A stretch of DNA of 64,000 nucleotides from Octopus sinensis (GCF_006345805.1 NC_043003.1:43958001-44022000); one strand, 5' to 3'. Shown: positions 1-13,499, numbered from the stretch's first letter. Made by a program: numbers and translations. Notes: generated by a model from the sequence alone, not told the origin.

Positions 1-33
1 GTATCCATCCATCTATCTATCTATCTATCTATA

Positions 34-100
<67 letters not shown>

Positions 101-120
101 GTATCTATCTATCTATCTAT
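1..120. repeat. (TCTA)n tetranucleotide microsatellite
   Basis: Direct reading of tandem TCTA units. Confidence 0.95.
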
Positions 121-639
121 CTTCTTATATTTGATTACTCGATAAAGAGGCGAGGTCAACATATTTTATTTTAGCGTAACAAAAGTAACGATGGATGGAA
201 GTCATTATTTTTTCCTAGTTCACAAAAAGAAACACTAAGTCAAACATAGTCACATGTTTTCAATTTTGAATGGTAAGGCAACTTTATAAAACCTTGTAAT
301 TGCCTATTACCGATTTTATCATATCTCAAAGCGATTCAGAATTGGCGCCGAAAAACAAAAACAGTATATTTTTCGACAGCCTACTACTTCTATAATACCA
401 AGTCCACATTTTCGTGAATACTAACTATTCATTAAGTTCATATGCACGAAGCCACACCAGTGTGTAGGAGAAATAATGGAGTACTTGTACTTTTTTATCA
501 AGCAGATACAACGATTTACCAAGCAAATACTACCTCAGCAAAACTTCGGATCAAAATACAAATTGATGTAACTACACAATGCATAGTATTATATACTCTT
601 ATCTCTTAACCCTTAGCAGTTAGATCCGTCAGTACACTC

Positions 640-900
640 AGTACAATAAGAAACAAGCCTTCTCCAAACATCTCGATGGAATGCTTTCCTTTTAACCTAC
701 CTTAACCTACCGAAACCCATCGCTCTCAAGTCATCCCGAAACGGCCTGCACCATCTCATCCTTTGCCTTCCACTCGATTTCGTTGCTCCTTTGGGCGTCC
801 ACTCTCTCACGACAGCACCATGCATTTCCTGCAATAACTGAACAACTTAGTCAATGCAACGAACCCACCGCCTAGTCGTCACATTTTACAAAGTACCACT
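640..900 (-). mobile_element. RTE-clade LINE 3' remnant
   Basis: Minus-strand translation gives REWTPKGATKSSGRQRMRWCRPFRDDLRAMG and AFHRDVWRRLVS, resembling the RTE C-terminal pattern W.P.G.R..GRP..RW.D.V..DL and A.DR..WR.LV. Stops are present. Confidence 0.6.
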
Positions 901-2008
901 GCTATCTCTTCTCATTCCTTTTTGTTTTCTTTCTTTTCCGGTACGATTTGCCAGAATTGAACGTACACAACGTCAATGGAACGCATGCAACAAGTGGGAA
1001 ATCTTCTGTGATGTTTTAAGGTTTCATAGGCGTGGTTGGTTGTTAGTCTATAAATAGATGACTATAACTACATGTTTATCTTCTGATTGTAGGATTATTA
1101 TTTGATTAATCAGGTAAAACAGGATAGGACGTTGAAGTTTGGCGTGACTTAAAGTCATATCGTTAAGAAAATAATGCAACTAAGTACCCTCTAATTGATT
1201 ACTTGATCCTTACATTCATAATTGGCTGGCAAATTATTTTCTTGAAGATGCAGGTAGATTTTGCAATTAAAATATTAAAACAGTATTAAAACAGTTTATA
1301 ATCTTTGTTTCGGCACAATGGTCCGAGTCACTTTCTGACGTAATTTGTTTCGGTTATTTATCTCCAGAATTCACACCTCGCAGCAGGCATCTTTGACTTT
1401 CATCTTATCAGAGTGAATAACAATGTATTAGCAAGGTACCGAGTAGCCATTTACCATTAACTTTCTGGTCTTGTGCCTTTATCATTATGAATAATATTAA
1501 TTATTGCAATGTAGCAAATGGAATTATTCAGATATTGTTATTCGATAATTACGTATGACATAATCTTATATAGTATAAAATCGCATTAATCCGTACTGTA
1601 CCATGATATACACAAGAAAATTTATATTTCAGACTATTTACACGGTGATATTTCATATCTTTTATTAAAATAAATATTTTTACGGAACAAAGAAAAATCT
1701 GCCTCTAAAAACCATTGACCGCATATTATATGTGCGCAGTAAATTATTTTTCCTGGCGTTATGTAGTCTAAAATTACAATCTAAATAGCTTTTTAATGGC
1801 TTTTCTTGTGCGTTGGTATTCGTACACGTGTTTAAAACGGCTGTGTAAACTATTTAAACATGAATTTATAAAGCCCTGAGCGTAAAGAAACAACATTTCG
1901 TTGCTTTGAACAAACGAACGCAAACGTGCTTGAAAAGAAAAGTTAGCAAAAGAAATACATTTGATTTTTAAAGAAAATAACTATGGAATCCGATATATAT
2001 ATATAAAT

Positions 2009-2071
<63 letters not shown>

Positions 2072-2859
2072 TATATATATATATATATATACACACATGC
2101 ATATATATATATATATATATATATAAGTGAACTGGTAAGAACCCAGCCACACACAATAGATACACACATAAACAGAAAGCGCATCATGTATGCTTTTCCA
2201 AATGCGATACAATCATTTATACACAAACGCACGTACACACACATATATTTACACAAATGTATATATATATATATATATAATCACTTTTGTGTCCGCTTCC
2301 GTGTAGCGTCGGTGTGCATGAATGTAGTGGGTATATATGTGTATCTTTCTATACGTTAATCTAGTTTATGCATCTACATGTGTAAATTTCCTAGATACTG
2401 CTGATCATTATATGGCCCTTCAGATTCTAGGTGAACATAACAACCAAATTATTGCTGAAAATTAAGATAGCGATGTTGTCAGGAACATAATTTGCCGAGT
2501 GAAAATGCCTTCGATGTAGAATACATTTTACCTGTTCTCCCATCAATTATTTAAGTCTGTAGTTTGCTTAAAATTCACAGAATGTTATAACAAAAATTCA
2601 GGTAAATGCTGTATTTGAACAACATAAACGTGCTGACGGCCATTCGGAAAAAAGCCTAGCCAGTTAGTCAACAAAACGGTTTAATGCTACATATAAAGCA
2701 ATGGTTTGCAACATGTTGACTATTTGTTTTGTCATCATAAAGGACGAAAAAAATGTAACTTCAAAAACATAAATAATATATAAAACCAACACCAGTGTAC
2801 TTTCAAATTATGTTGTTAAGCAACAGCTGAAAATGAAAAAGAAAAAAAAAATGTTCAAC

Positions 2860-3024
2860 TACTATACAAATGCAGTGAAGACAAAGATAAGTAAGAGAAC
2901 GCCAGTATTCCAACGTTTTCGTCTAATATGTAGGTTGAGAACCATCAATAAGATATACATGCAGCTAATTGCTTCCATTGTTATACCAACAACCACCTAC
3001 GCCTGTGAAACCCGGAAAAAATAG
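2860..3024 (+). mobile_element. RTE-clade LINE RT/thumb fragment
   Basis: AVKTKISKRTPVFQRFRLICRLRTINKIYMQLIASIVIPTTTYACET resembles the RTE pattern EI..RI.KA...F..L..IW......TK..LY...V.P...Y..ETW. Confidence 0.65.
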
Positions 3025-3071
3025 CGAATATCTCTCAATTGCTGACGATTTTTATTGCTCTGTTGTTATTC

Positions 3072-3275
3072 GTTGAGAGCTTGTAGAATTGTTAGCTCAT
3101 AAGGAAAATTTTTACCAGTGACTTACTTTATTATATGAAATATTGTCGGGGACATCTTTGCCTTTTATCCTTCTAGGTCGATAAAGTACATCCAGCTGAA
3201 CACGGGGTTCCATGTAATCGACTTGCACCCTACTACAAAATTGCTGGCCCTGAGCCAAAATTGAAGCCAATATTT
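3072..3275 (+). mobile_element. Degenerate SINE (family here called D)
   Basis: Shares TTTGCCTTTTATCCTT..GGTCGATAAA and the tail AATTGCTGGCCCTGAGCCAAAATTGAAGCCAATA with copies at 58855-59540. Confidence 0.55.
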
Positions 3276-5974
3276 TTGAATCTTTAGATGCTAAATCCTT
3301 AAAGAAAAATACGGAAGTGGACGCAAATCCAAGTGGAAAGCGTTTTTGGCAGGGATTATATTACCCGGTATAACCATTACACAATACCACACTTAAACCC
3401 ATATAGGTTATTTTCTAATTCAATTTTAGTAAATCATATGTAATCTGAAACTGGTTCATGCGTCTGGTATTAAAAAAAAATGCTATCTGTTATTTGAATG
3501 TATTCTACCTAAAACTCACACACAGCATAGTATTGCAATACTCTCGGTACATTTATGTATATTCTGGACGTTTCGTTACATATTGCTTTTTATTTCCTTT
3601 AATGATAACGAAGCAAGTAAGGTCATAATTTAGTTCCACTTCAAACACCAACATTTTGCTTATCTAATTCCCCAGAGTGTTATACTTGGGTGTATTCAAG
3701 ATTTCTTTCATATATAATATTTTATTTTCGAATTGACTCATCCAATATTTATCCTAATTAATCTAATTTCTCCACCTGGGAATCTAGAATGAAACATAGT
3801 AAATTGATTATATTAGTCATTCTCATTGTATATATTTACAATTAATTGCCATTCGGTGAAGCAATTAGTGGTATAAATACTGGATTATGTATCTGGATAT
3901 GTTGTTCAATATATGTAAGACATAACCTTATTGTGATTGAAATGTTTATATATAAACTCGGGTAGCCATAATCAATATCGTCATTCTTTAAAACCTCTTC
4001 ATATCTAATATATAATCTAAAACCTCCTTCATTAAAATTTGTGTCTTTGATCTGAGGCCGTCATCAAAACTTGTGTTGATTATTCATTTAATAAATCTAT
4101 AAATTTGTTGGTAAACTCTTTTATAGCTGTTTTGTACGCTGTTTGCATACGTCATTAAAAACGAAGTATTTTCTTTAATCTGAGCTCTGTATGTTGCCTC
4201 TAAGCTCAATTGTTTTAATGCTGAAGATGATTGAATATAATTTATTTTACTTAAATGTTACCGTGACAAAATTCTTTGAAATTAATCTCAGATAACTTCC
4301 TCGAGCGTACCTCTCGTGCACGTTGTTGATTTTCCTCTTGTTTAGCATATATAATGCACAATTTGAAGTCATTAGTGGAGAGTTTGTGGTTTCCTCCTCA
4401 TATCATTTGCATCAGATTCCTGTTTAGAATAACATTTTCGTTTAATGTGATAGTAATAGTAAAGAAACAGCTAAGAGATCTATTAAGAAAAACAGAGTGA
4501 GAGAGAGGGAAAAACCCGCACTCCGTAAATTATTCCCGGGCTAATAGAAAATGTTTTAGCTTTTCGTAATTGTTTACTTCATCTCTAGCTGCAACATCAT
4601 TTGCCATTTGTGCGGGTTGTGTTCGATGTGCGTGTTTATTAATACAGCTACCTTAATCATAGTTAATGTTTCCTAAACTAGTGAAGGAAGAATACTCCCA
4701 AAGCACTTCTGTTAGTCAATGCGTGCCATATTCAGTCAGTTTTTTTCCATTACTGTTATATATCTGTTGGTCATTAACAGGTTTTACAACATATGGATCT
4801 TTGTACATTCATTATTTAAATTTCAAAGGGAGACATCTTTGGTGCCATCATGTGTCCCTGAATAATTATAGCAGTTAAGAGTCTATTCTTTTCTGATGAA
4901 TATTTTTGCATCATATTATTAGGATTTAAGATGGATTCATCTCTATGCAACATTATACTACGTTTATAAATCTTTCATTGTATGATAAAATATATTTCCC
5001 TCCGTACATTACGTTCTTAATGCACATTTCAACCAATATGTTGGACTTTTTTTAATACTAATGTATGAACTGATACTCACCTATTTTCAAGTGCAAAACC
5101 TTTATTTTTTCTAATTTCCAAAGCATGCCGATGTAATACAAATAAAACATGTTTGGTTTGCTTATGATCGTATATTGATTTCAGAACTGATTTAAGACAC
5201 ATTTAAGTTGGCATTAAACTACTTGTTCCTTTTACCTAGAATACTTTGATACTATTTAGAACAGAAGCTTAGCAGTTTAAGGAGAGTCTCTATTTTAGGT
5301 GATCTTGCTTGCGTGTCTTTTTTTGAAAACTGAGGTGTTGGTGGTATTGTTATGCATATTTTTCATATGGTGTTTCGGTGATGTCATTTACGACTTTTAA
5401 AGATCTTTATACGCTTTGTTTTTTATATGTATTCACTTTCCAAACATTTCTTTCCTCTTTCCTCTTCCTAAGTGAGTTCTTTGGAAAAAATAAATAACTT
5501 ATTTTTAAGTAAAAGTATTGTGGTTGGTGCAGAGCCTATTTGTTTATTCGGTGATATTAATATTAACACTTTGTTCCCGAGAATGTATAATATAAGGTGG
5601 AAATATGGTATTCCTTTCATAACAGCATTATGGTCTGTTGAACTGTTAGGGTCGTGCTCCCATATTGAGGTCACGTGTAATGGAAAACTTTTAAGGAGGT
5701 TATATAGTTGCATTAAGTTAATACGACTTTAGAAGCTTATACGGTTCTTTATTTAGATTAACATTATTTGCGTCATGCATCAGGTTAATTAATTTCAAGG
5801 GGTGTTGAGTTTTAGAAATGCTATTTTACATACTGTTTATACCTCTTGATCAATACATGGTTATGTTCCAATACGAATTTTGTAATGTTTAACCTTTAAT
5901 GCAGGGAGGGTGAACACCATTACTAATTAATTTTTGCTCAATTGCAGTGGAGTGTCTTTTCTACCTTGCTTTCT

Positions 5975-6077
5975 CTTCATTACTCGATTAAATTATTGGT
6001 CAGCAACCGCGCTGGGAAGCACCTGAAAGAGTTTAGCCAAACAAATTGACCCAGTAATTTATTTTAATTCTGGTACA
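5975..6077 (-). mobile_element. SINE family A 3' tail fragment
   Basis: Reverse complement aligns by eye with the tail of the SINE at 24864-25305 (CTGGG.TCAATTTG...CTAAA...GTGCT.CCAGC). Confidence 0.5.
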
Positions 6078-6889
6078 ATAACGATCTATTTTGTAAATCA
6101 CGAATTAAACAGGAAAGAAAATAAACCACTACCAGAGACGAACGCAAATACAAAGCACACAGACTTGCATATATACAAGCACATACGTACATGCATATAC
6201 ACACTTATACATCCATACATATATAATGTGTTTGTGTGCATGCATTTATAGAACAGATAGTGAGGGCTTATCAATCGGGGCAGAATCTTTTATAAGCTCC
6301 CTGATTGCACACCAGGCTAACAATATTACCTAGCTATGTAAAGAAATCCAAAATAATCTTTTGAGCAAGGTGCCAAGTTATGTATGCAAATCAATAGATA
6401 GGCTTCAGATAAACTGATATTTACAGTGTGATATATAAGACACAAGTTAAAAATAATGGTCATTACTTATAATTCCTTTATTAGACCAAATTTTGCTTAT
6501 AGCTGTTTCCAGTAGTCATTATAGATAAGTTTGCTCAATTGGTCTATTGATCAATTGAGGTAAATTGAAAGACTTTTCGTCAGTGTGATTACTGAAATAA
6601 CAAGCACAGAACTTGAAGAATGGCTACTGCATGGGAAAAGTGGAGGAATATTGGAATGTTTAAGTGGAATAGTTGAAGGCAATTTCAATGTAGTGTTAGC
6701 AATTGAGGGAGTAGAAGTAGCAGTATTATTATTCGTAATAGCAGGAGTATTGTATTGCCAGATTTAGAAGAGGGACAATCACATAGGTCAGCGACCTTTA
6801 TCGTTTTGGCATTGTATATAGGTGAGATACTCTCCAGCCATATATGTAAGTGTGTGCGTGTGTACGTATATGTGTGCGTGCATATATAA

Positions 6890-6915
6890 TAATGATGATG
6901 ATGAGGATGATGATG

Positions 6916-6981
<66 letters not shown>

Positions 6982-7000
6982 TGGTGATGATGATGATAAT
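6890..7000. repeat. Compound (GAT)n/(AAT)n microsatellite
   Basis: Direct reading. Confidence 0.9.
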
Positions 7001-7039
7001 ATGCCCTGATGCAGTACCAGGCAGTGGTTCCCATGATTT

Positions 7040-7571
7040 TGACCTTAACTCACTGTAAGAATTCTCACGTACATTGTTTTGTCTTCGTATAAAATATGGG
7101 CTACAGCAAATATACAGGTCAATACCACAGATTTGCTTGTCTGTTGTTTGACCATACCCAGTTTAGCATGTCCCATAATAGCTGACGATATGTTCATTTC
7201 TGATCACGAGCAGAAATACTGGGGAAGCATCATACCCATGTACTGAGAGGAATTCTATTCCATTTGAATAATTCATCTCTGGTAACATGGGTGGTTTGTT
7301 CATCATTCTTAAAGTAAACCTTATTCAGGGGACTTTTGATTGAGATGGGCTATTCGTCCTGACGAAAATTCGAACTGAGCCCCACATGCAATGTCATGCA
7401 TTGTTTATTTTGATATGAGATAACCATGTCACGCACATATGATTGTGATCCATTTTATAGTGTACGCTTATCGGACGGGTAGTCATAATGAGTATACCAG
7501 GCATCGTATATTATACCCCAGTGTCATGTTGGCATGCACTGCTCTCTCACTGAATGATAATAATAATAATT
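7040..7571 (+). mobile_element. Retroposon 3' segment ending in an (AAT)n tail
   Basis: GC-richer non-coding block ending in GCACTGCTCTCTCACTGAATGATAATAATAATAAT. I recall it as an abundant octopus repeat; family not assigned. Confidence 0.45.
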
Positions 7572-8478
7572 ATCATCATCATCATCATAAGCATCATCAT
7601 CATAATCATCATCATCATCATCATCATCATTGCCTTTGCACACCTACTAACTCTGAGGATGTACCACGGTGTCAAATGTTAACTACCAGTGAAGTAAGGT
7701 AACATCCCCTATTTTTCAAGCACCTTCCGAAGTATTCGAGCGGTTCCAAGCAGTGCTGTTTTCTGCAAATGCTCCACTCTTATTGCAGCCCCTATTTCTC
7801 CCAAGTACTTCTCAAAATTTTTACGCACAGTTTCCAGGGCTCCGACAATTTATTTCTATTGCTACCACCTTTTTTATCGACCGCAACTTCTTAACCACCC
7901 ACGCTAGCCTGTCATAGCTATCGACGTTTCTTTCTTCTTTATCGCATAACATGTTGTCTGCTGGGCATGCTATGTCTATGATCCAGCATCGTTTGTTTTC
8001 TTCCTCAATTAACACTATGACTGGCTTCCTACTCTCTACCACATGGATGCGCAGAATCATAAAATCGCATATGATCTTTGCATTATCCTTGTCGATGATG
8101 CCTTCGGTTTTACGTTCGTACAAATTGTGCTCTGTCAAGACTATAATTGTTTCAAAAATATCCAATGGACAACCCTTGCTATATTGTCATGAGCTCTCTT
8201 ATATTCTTTCTGGGCTAGGGGCGTTCATTGACTGGCAATATGCCATACGGTTTCACCATTTTGTCCGCAGATTCTGCATTTATTACTTTCTCAATATGTT
8301 GTCTATTCTGCATTTCATTTAGTTCGTTCTTATTGCTAGCTCTTGGGCAGCACATATTAGAGCCTCCCTTTCCGGTCTTAAATCACTTTTAGTCATCCAT
8401 AGCCATCTTTTGTCTCTGTCTGTCTTATCTTCAACATCCCTATGAAATTGTCCATGCATTCTTTTCGTTGCACCAGCG
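7572..8478 (-). mobile_element. 5'-truncated R4/Dong-type non-LTR retrotransposon (zinc knuckle + restriction-like endonuclease), pseudogenised
   Basis: Minus strand reads MHGQFHRDV..KRWLWMTKSDL..EALICAAQELAIRTN*, CRICGQNGETVWHIASQ* (CCHC, last Cys is TGA), RKPVIV..KRCWIIDIACPAD (RLE, PD mutated to PV) and LQKTALLGTARILRKVL*, followed by an (ATG)n tail. Frameshifts are present. Confidence 0.85.
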
Positions 8479-10044
8479 ACATAATATGAATCGGAAGAAG
8501 GTTATAAAGCAGAACCCAAATACTCTTTGTAAAATTTACTTTTTTTATAAATAACTATAGATTATTAATTACCAACGTAGCAGTACTAAATATTCATACC
8601 ATTATAAGAAAACCAACTGAAAATCATAAATATCACACCCAATTAGATGTGGAATTAAAAACAATATAGCAGATAAAGGACGTAGTCATCATGTAATGCG
8701 TAATTATTATAATGGGATTGATACAAAGTCGTTTGTAAAACATCTATAAATTAACTTGAAGGATATTCATAGGCACGTAGCACAAAGTAACTATACCAGT
8801 GTTTTTAAATATATTGAGAACATTCCCAAAGAGTATTTGCTTTTATAATTTGAACACTTTTGTGCATGTTTTACCTAATTTCTTTGATGCTTGAATATTA
8901 AGTTTTGTTGTTTTCAATATTATTAATGAAAAAATCAAATAACAACAGATGTGAGAAATGCCTTTCCCTACTTTCATCGACATTGTTCTAGCTACAATAA
9001 TTAAAGTGGAATTTGCTTATTTACATACATCCCACGGATGCACCTTTTAGGTGTATCTTTAGCATTTCATTAATGTAGTTTTGATCACGTCGACATTAAA
9101 ACGAAGTTTATTCAACATATAACACTATTGCTATGTAGTTCGTGTACACCGGATTATTTGAACTTTGAAGCGAATATACTATTCCTGGTTGGTTATTTCC
9201 CTCAAAGCATTCACACATAAGTATTATCTACTGCGGTAGTATCATCAGCGAACATCTCACTATAATATGTTCTAATAATACATCCACGTTAAGCATATTA
9301 TACAGATTGCTATTCGATAGTAATACTGCTTTCGCTGTTAATATTTATGTATTTTAAAGAGACTATTGTTTATTTGCGACACCAATGACTTGATGGCTTG
9401 GTTGGCATGCAGGGAGCGGACACCTGTCATTCACGAAATGCATGTTGGTTGAACTTAGTCGATTTGATAGTTCCGGTGATCAATCCAGCCGATTCCTTTC
9501 TTCTAGCAATATTTGTCTGCTCTAAACACTATCAAATTTTGTCAAAGGATCCCTGACGTTGAATTCTGCAATGTACATTGTTGTGATAATTTATCTACGT
9601 GAAGTAACACACGAAGACTGATAGCGATAAATATATTTTAAACTCTTATTCAATAGACTTTTGATTGTTTCCACCTCTCATCTGCCTGAATATTCAGGAC
9701 AGAATCTAATACGTATAGTAATATTTCAGCTATTGTACAATTTCAGAATGATTCCATTTATACTTTAGCTAAAATACCGGATTAACAGAGGTTGCGTATA
9801 CGCTATTAATGTAATTAACATTTCTATAAGTGTGTAAAAGAGTTAGCATCTATCTTGCAGAATTAGAAATACACCACAGTTCTGTAGTATAGGCACTGGA
9901 GTGAGCCAAGGCAAATGGAGAACTGTCTTATGAAAAACGTGTGGCAGCATTAACGGGAATTGTATGTTCGGAATTAAGCATCTTTTGGCCAACTCCTGAA
10001 CATATTGTTGATGCGGAACAGTTTTAGCTTACATTATTTACATC

Positions 10045-10165
10045 ATTTATATTTGATGGATATTTGACCTCATCTTGTTTGTTGTTATACCCTCCAGCCT
10101 TCATCATATATATTTTGAAACCGGGTTCTCATTCCTAAGGTATTTTTTCGATGTTATTGTTCTAC
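10045..10165 (-). mobile_element. Partial Penelope-like terminal repeat (hammerhead family F1), inverted and internally deleted
   Basis: Reverse complement matches 10410-10560 (GATGAAGGCTGGAGGGTATA, AACAACAAACAAGATGAG, CAAATATCC.TCAAAT). Confidence 0.65.
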
Positions 10166-10331
10166 TACTACTACTAGTAGTAGTACTGCTGCTGCTGCTA
10201 CTACTACTACTACTACTACTGTTGCTGCTACTGCTGCTGCTACTACTACTACTACTACTACTACTGCTGCTACTACTACTACTACTACTACTACTGCTGC
10301 TACTACTACAACCATCACTACTACTACTACT

Positions 10332-10394
<63 letters not shown>

Positions 10395-10409
10395 ATAATA
10401 ATAATAATA
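10161..10409. repeat. (CTA/CTG)n then (ATA)n microsatellite
   Basis: Direct reading; source of the poly-L/poly-Y ORF 10075-10395. Confidence 0.95.
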
Positions 10410-10595
10410 TCGAAAAAGCACTATCTAGGTTCGAAATTTCCCCAAGACACCTGATGAAGGCTGGAGGGTATATCAGCCGAAACATTGCGTTAACAACAAA
10501 CAAGATGAGAACAAATATCCGTCAAATGTAAATAAGGTAAATGTTGTAAATAACGTACATAATTTCTCATCTCTTAGATATACAACAGTTTTAGA
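10410..10595 (+). mobile_element. Penelope-like terminal repeat with minimal hammerhead-like motif (F1)
   Basis: CTGATGA (10451-57), stem GGCTG/CAGCC, GAAAC (10479-83); homologous copy on the minus strand at 55105-55270. Confidence 0.65.
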
Positions 10596-10823
10596 TATTC
10601 ATTGAATATTTCTTTCTTTCATCAGTATACAAAGGCTAAGAGAAACTTAAAATAACTTCAAAGCAACTTTGAAGCAAATGCGAAGAAGTATAGGATATAT
10701 CTTTTATATGATCAATCATAATCATTAGCAATCTAGGATATTGATACTAGTTTTCTTATATAAGTTATTAATACATTCAATCATAATGAATTATTAATTA
10801 TGTTTTTCTTTCTTTTGTTTCAG

Positions 10824-11445
10824 AAAGAAAATGCCGGCAACTATAGATGGGCAGATGACAATTGAAAAGACGCCGAGTTATTTTATAACAAAAGAGGTTC
10901 CAAAAAGGATCTTCAACATGTCCAAAGAGATGAAAATTCTTGTAATCGTTCGCGATCCAGTCACAAGAGCCATTTCTGATTACACGCAACTTGCTTCAAA
11001 ACGTATGAATCAGATGAAACGCTTCGAAGAACTGGCATTCCTTAATACCTCAACTAGAATTGTCGACACAAGTCGAAATATAATTCGGATCGGGGTCTAC
11101 GCAAAATTCTTGGAGCGATGGCTTCATTACTTTCCTCTATCTCAGATGCATTTTGTAAGTGGTGAACAATTGATATCTGATCCTGCGCAAGAACTTAGCT
11201 TAGTGCAAGATTTTCTTGGATTAAAAAGGATCATTTCTGAGAAACATTTTTACTTTAACGAGACAAAAGGTTTCCCTTGTGTAAAAAAGGCTGAGGGAAG
11301 CGGTCATCCACATTGTTTGGGTAAGACGAAAGGAAGGCCTCATCCAACTGTAGATCCGACAATATTAAAGCGACTGAGAGATTTTTATAGGCCGTTTAAT
11401 ACAAAGTTCTACCAAATGGTTAATAGGAATTTTCGTTGGCCATGA
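10824..11445 (+). CDS. HS3ST: Terminal coding exon of heparan sulfate glucosamine 3-O-sulfotransferase (HS3ST2/3/4/6 or Hs3st-B type)
   Basis: Polypyrimidine tract plus CAG acceptor at 10821-23, then (R)[20 protein letters not shown], 3'-PB motif [42 protein letters not shown] and LRDFYRPFN, with TGA at 11443-45. The 5'-PSB motif (GVKKGGT-like) must be in an upstream exon not seen here. Confidence 0.96.
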
Positions 11446-11614
11446 TTTTATGTAAAGCGATATTTCTGTACTATGATATTGTCTGTGTTTGTGTATTTAC
11501 CATGTCATAAAGGAGAGAAAAGAAAACAATACTTCATGTTTATTGCCATTTTAGATTCGAATATGTTTGTAATTTTTTTTCTATGAAAAAACTGTTGTTT
11601 AATCATCGGGAGTA

Positions 11615-11620
11615 AATAAA
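11615..11620 (+). promoter_or_regulatory. Candidate polyadenylation signal for HS3ST
   Basis: First AATAAA, about 170 nt after the stop codon; weak evidence in AT-rich DNA. Confidence 0.3.
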
Positions 11621-11807
11621 ACCAAAACAAGGCGTGTTTGGTAACCAAACTACTTGTTTATTCCTGGCTTATTCTATACCGATATAGGTTTCGCAGAAAC
11701 ACAATATACATAAATTCATAAATAATCAAGAAAATGAAGAACATATGCAAATACACGAAGATTATATATGCGGGTATATGCATATTTACTTGCAAGCATA
11801 CACACAA

Positions 11808-11838
<31 letters not shown>

Positions 11839-13499
11839 AATTTTATTCATAACCGCGAACTGGCAGACACACTCGCAAATAATTAGACACAGACACATAA
11901 GTATATGTAACTAAATTATTACAGGGATAAGAATTTCGATCTTGTACTGCAACTGAATATAAATTATGAGGAATCAGGATACATAAATAATTTATGCAAT
12001 ATATATCCATATATTATTTGATAATTACAGCCGACTTTATAAAACGTCTAAAAATGTTAAAAATATTAACACATGCATTCACAAAGCAATGCACACCGTG
12101 GCTGTCTGCCTATCTATCTATCTATATGCGTGTGCGTGTGCATGTATACATGTATGTATGTATACAATTATGTATGTATATGTAAGTTAGCAATCATATT
12201 TATTACAGAGAAACTATATCATTTACTTCGAATAATATTAGAAAATAACAATAAAGACTTGACAAATAAATTCGTGATGAATATTAATAAGATTAGTATT
12301 ACAAACTAGTAAACAATATAGCATAACTATATGTTTGAAACCAATCTTCCTTATCAATATTCTGATTGTTTTCCACAAATAAATACATGCATCCCTAAAC
12401 ATAGTTGCGTACTTATATGACGCTTACACGTACACATAAATAGATACACATATAGGAATATATATTATGAAACTTATTTTAACAATGTTTTGCTTTTCAG
12501 TTTCTTTGGATTAGTAGATTTTCTAAAATCATCATCAATATTTCTAAATTGACTGAGTCATATCTTTCTCACGGCAGAAAATTTGTGTGTACTTGCCTGT
12601 TTATAAAATGCAGTGCGTTTAATATAACTAGAAATTACGGACAAATTTTAAAATTTAACCGTTAGATATTCATATGTCTTCATTGGAATATATGTTTATA
12701 TATTTCACACCTTTGTGCATAACATGTAGTATGATGATAATTGAAACTTCTATATTTGCGAGCTGATGTTAGCAAGAAAGTTATTCCCTTAACTTTAGCG
12801 AGTAACATATCACTTATGTAAGTTTAACGTTTTCTGTGTTTCCTTTTGTTTTCTATTTTACGTTTTTCGCAATGGCAGTGTGTAAATCTAGTACATACAT
12901 AGTACGCAATTTGATTACTATATTTTATGTGCTGTTTAATGACTGTACTATTCAATGCCTATGTTAATGTATTAGCTATTACTCACTCTGAAATTATGTA
13001 AACGTAGATGTCGTTGTCTGTCGTTGGAGACTGTGACAATTTAGAGAAATTTTGATGATGAATTTGGACACCTTTTGTTCCATAAATAAGGCAAAGAACC
13101 TCAGACGGAATAGCAAAACTAGAAAATTAGAGATCACATTCCTGTATTGCATATATCAGATGCAAATATCTGTATGTGAGCATATATAAACACACGCACC
13201 CACATTCACACACACATATACATACACACCCACACATATACATACATACTAGGCTTATCTAGCGGTGGTCTGATCTTTCGCAGAACCTGTGCATGTGGAC
13301 CTACTCCAGTACTCCCTATAGGAACTTGGAGGTGCCATACCATCCACTGCTTCCGTTAAACATATTACTAGAACTTCTGCTACCTTGCCTAGTCTTGGGA
13401 TATAATACGGAGTGGTTTCCTTGACTTCTCCAGGCAGGTGGAATTTGAACTCGGAAACTGAAGCGACGGAATATATAGGGTAAAGCATTTTCCCAGCCA

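Noticed and set aside
3300-4260. Possible decayed RT on the minus strand (KYFVFND, KFIDLLN)
   Set aside because: Only two short motifs, with no consistent frame.
5050-5720. Possible Penelope GIY-YIG remnant on the minus strand (YTII..PNM..YYIGM)
   Set aside because: Similarity is too weak to call without an HMM search.
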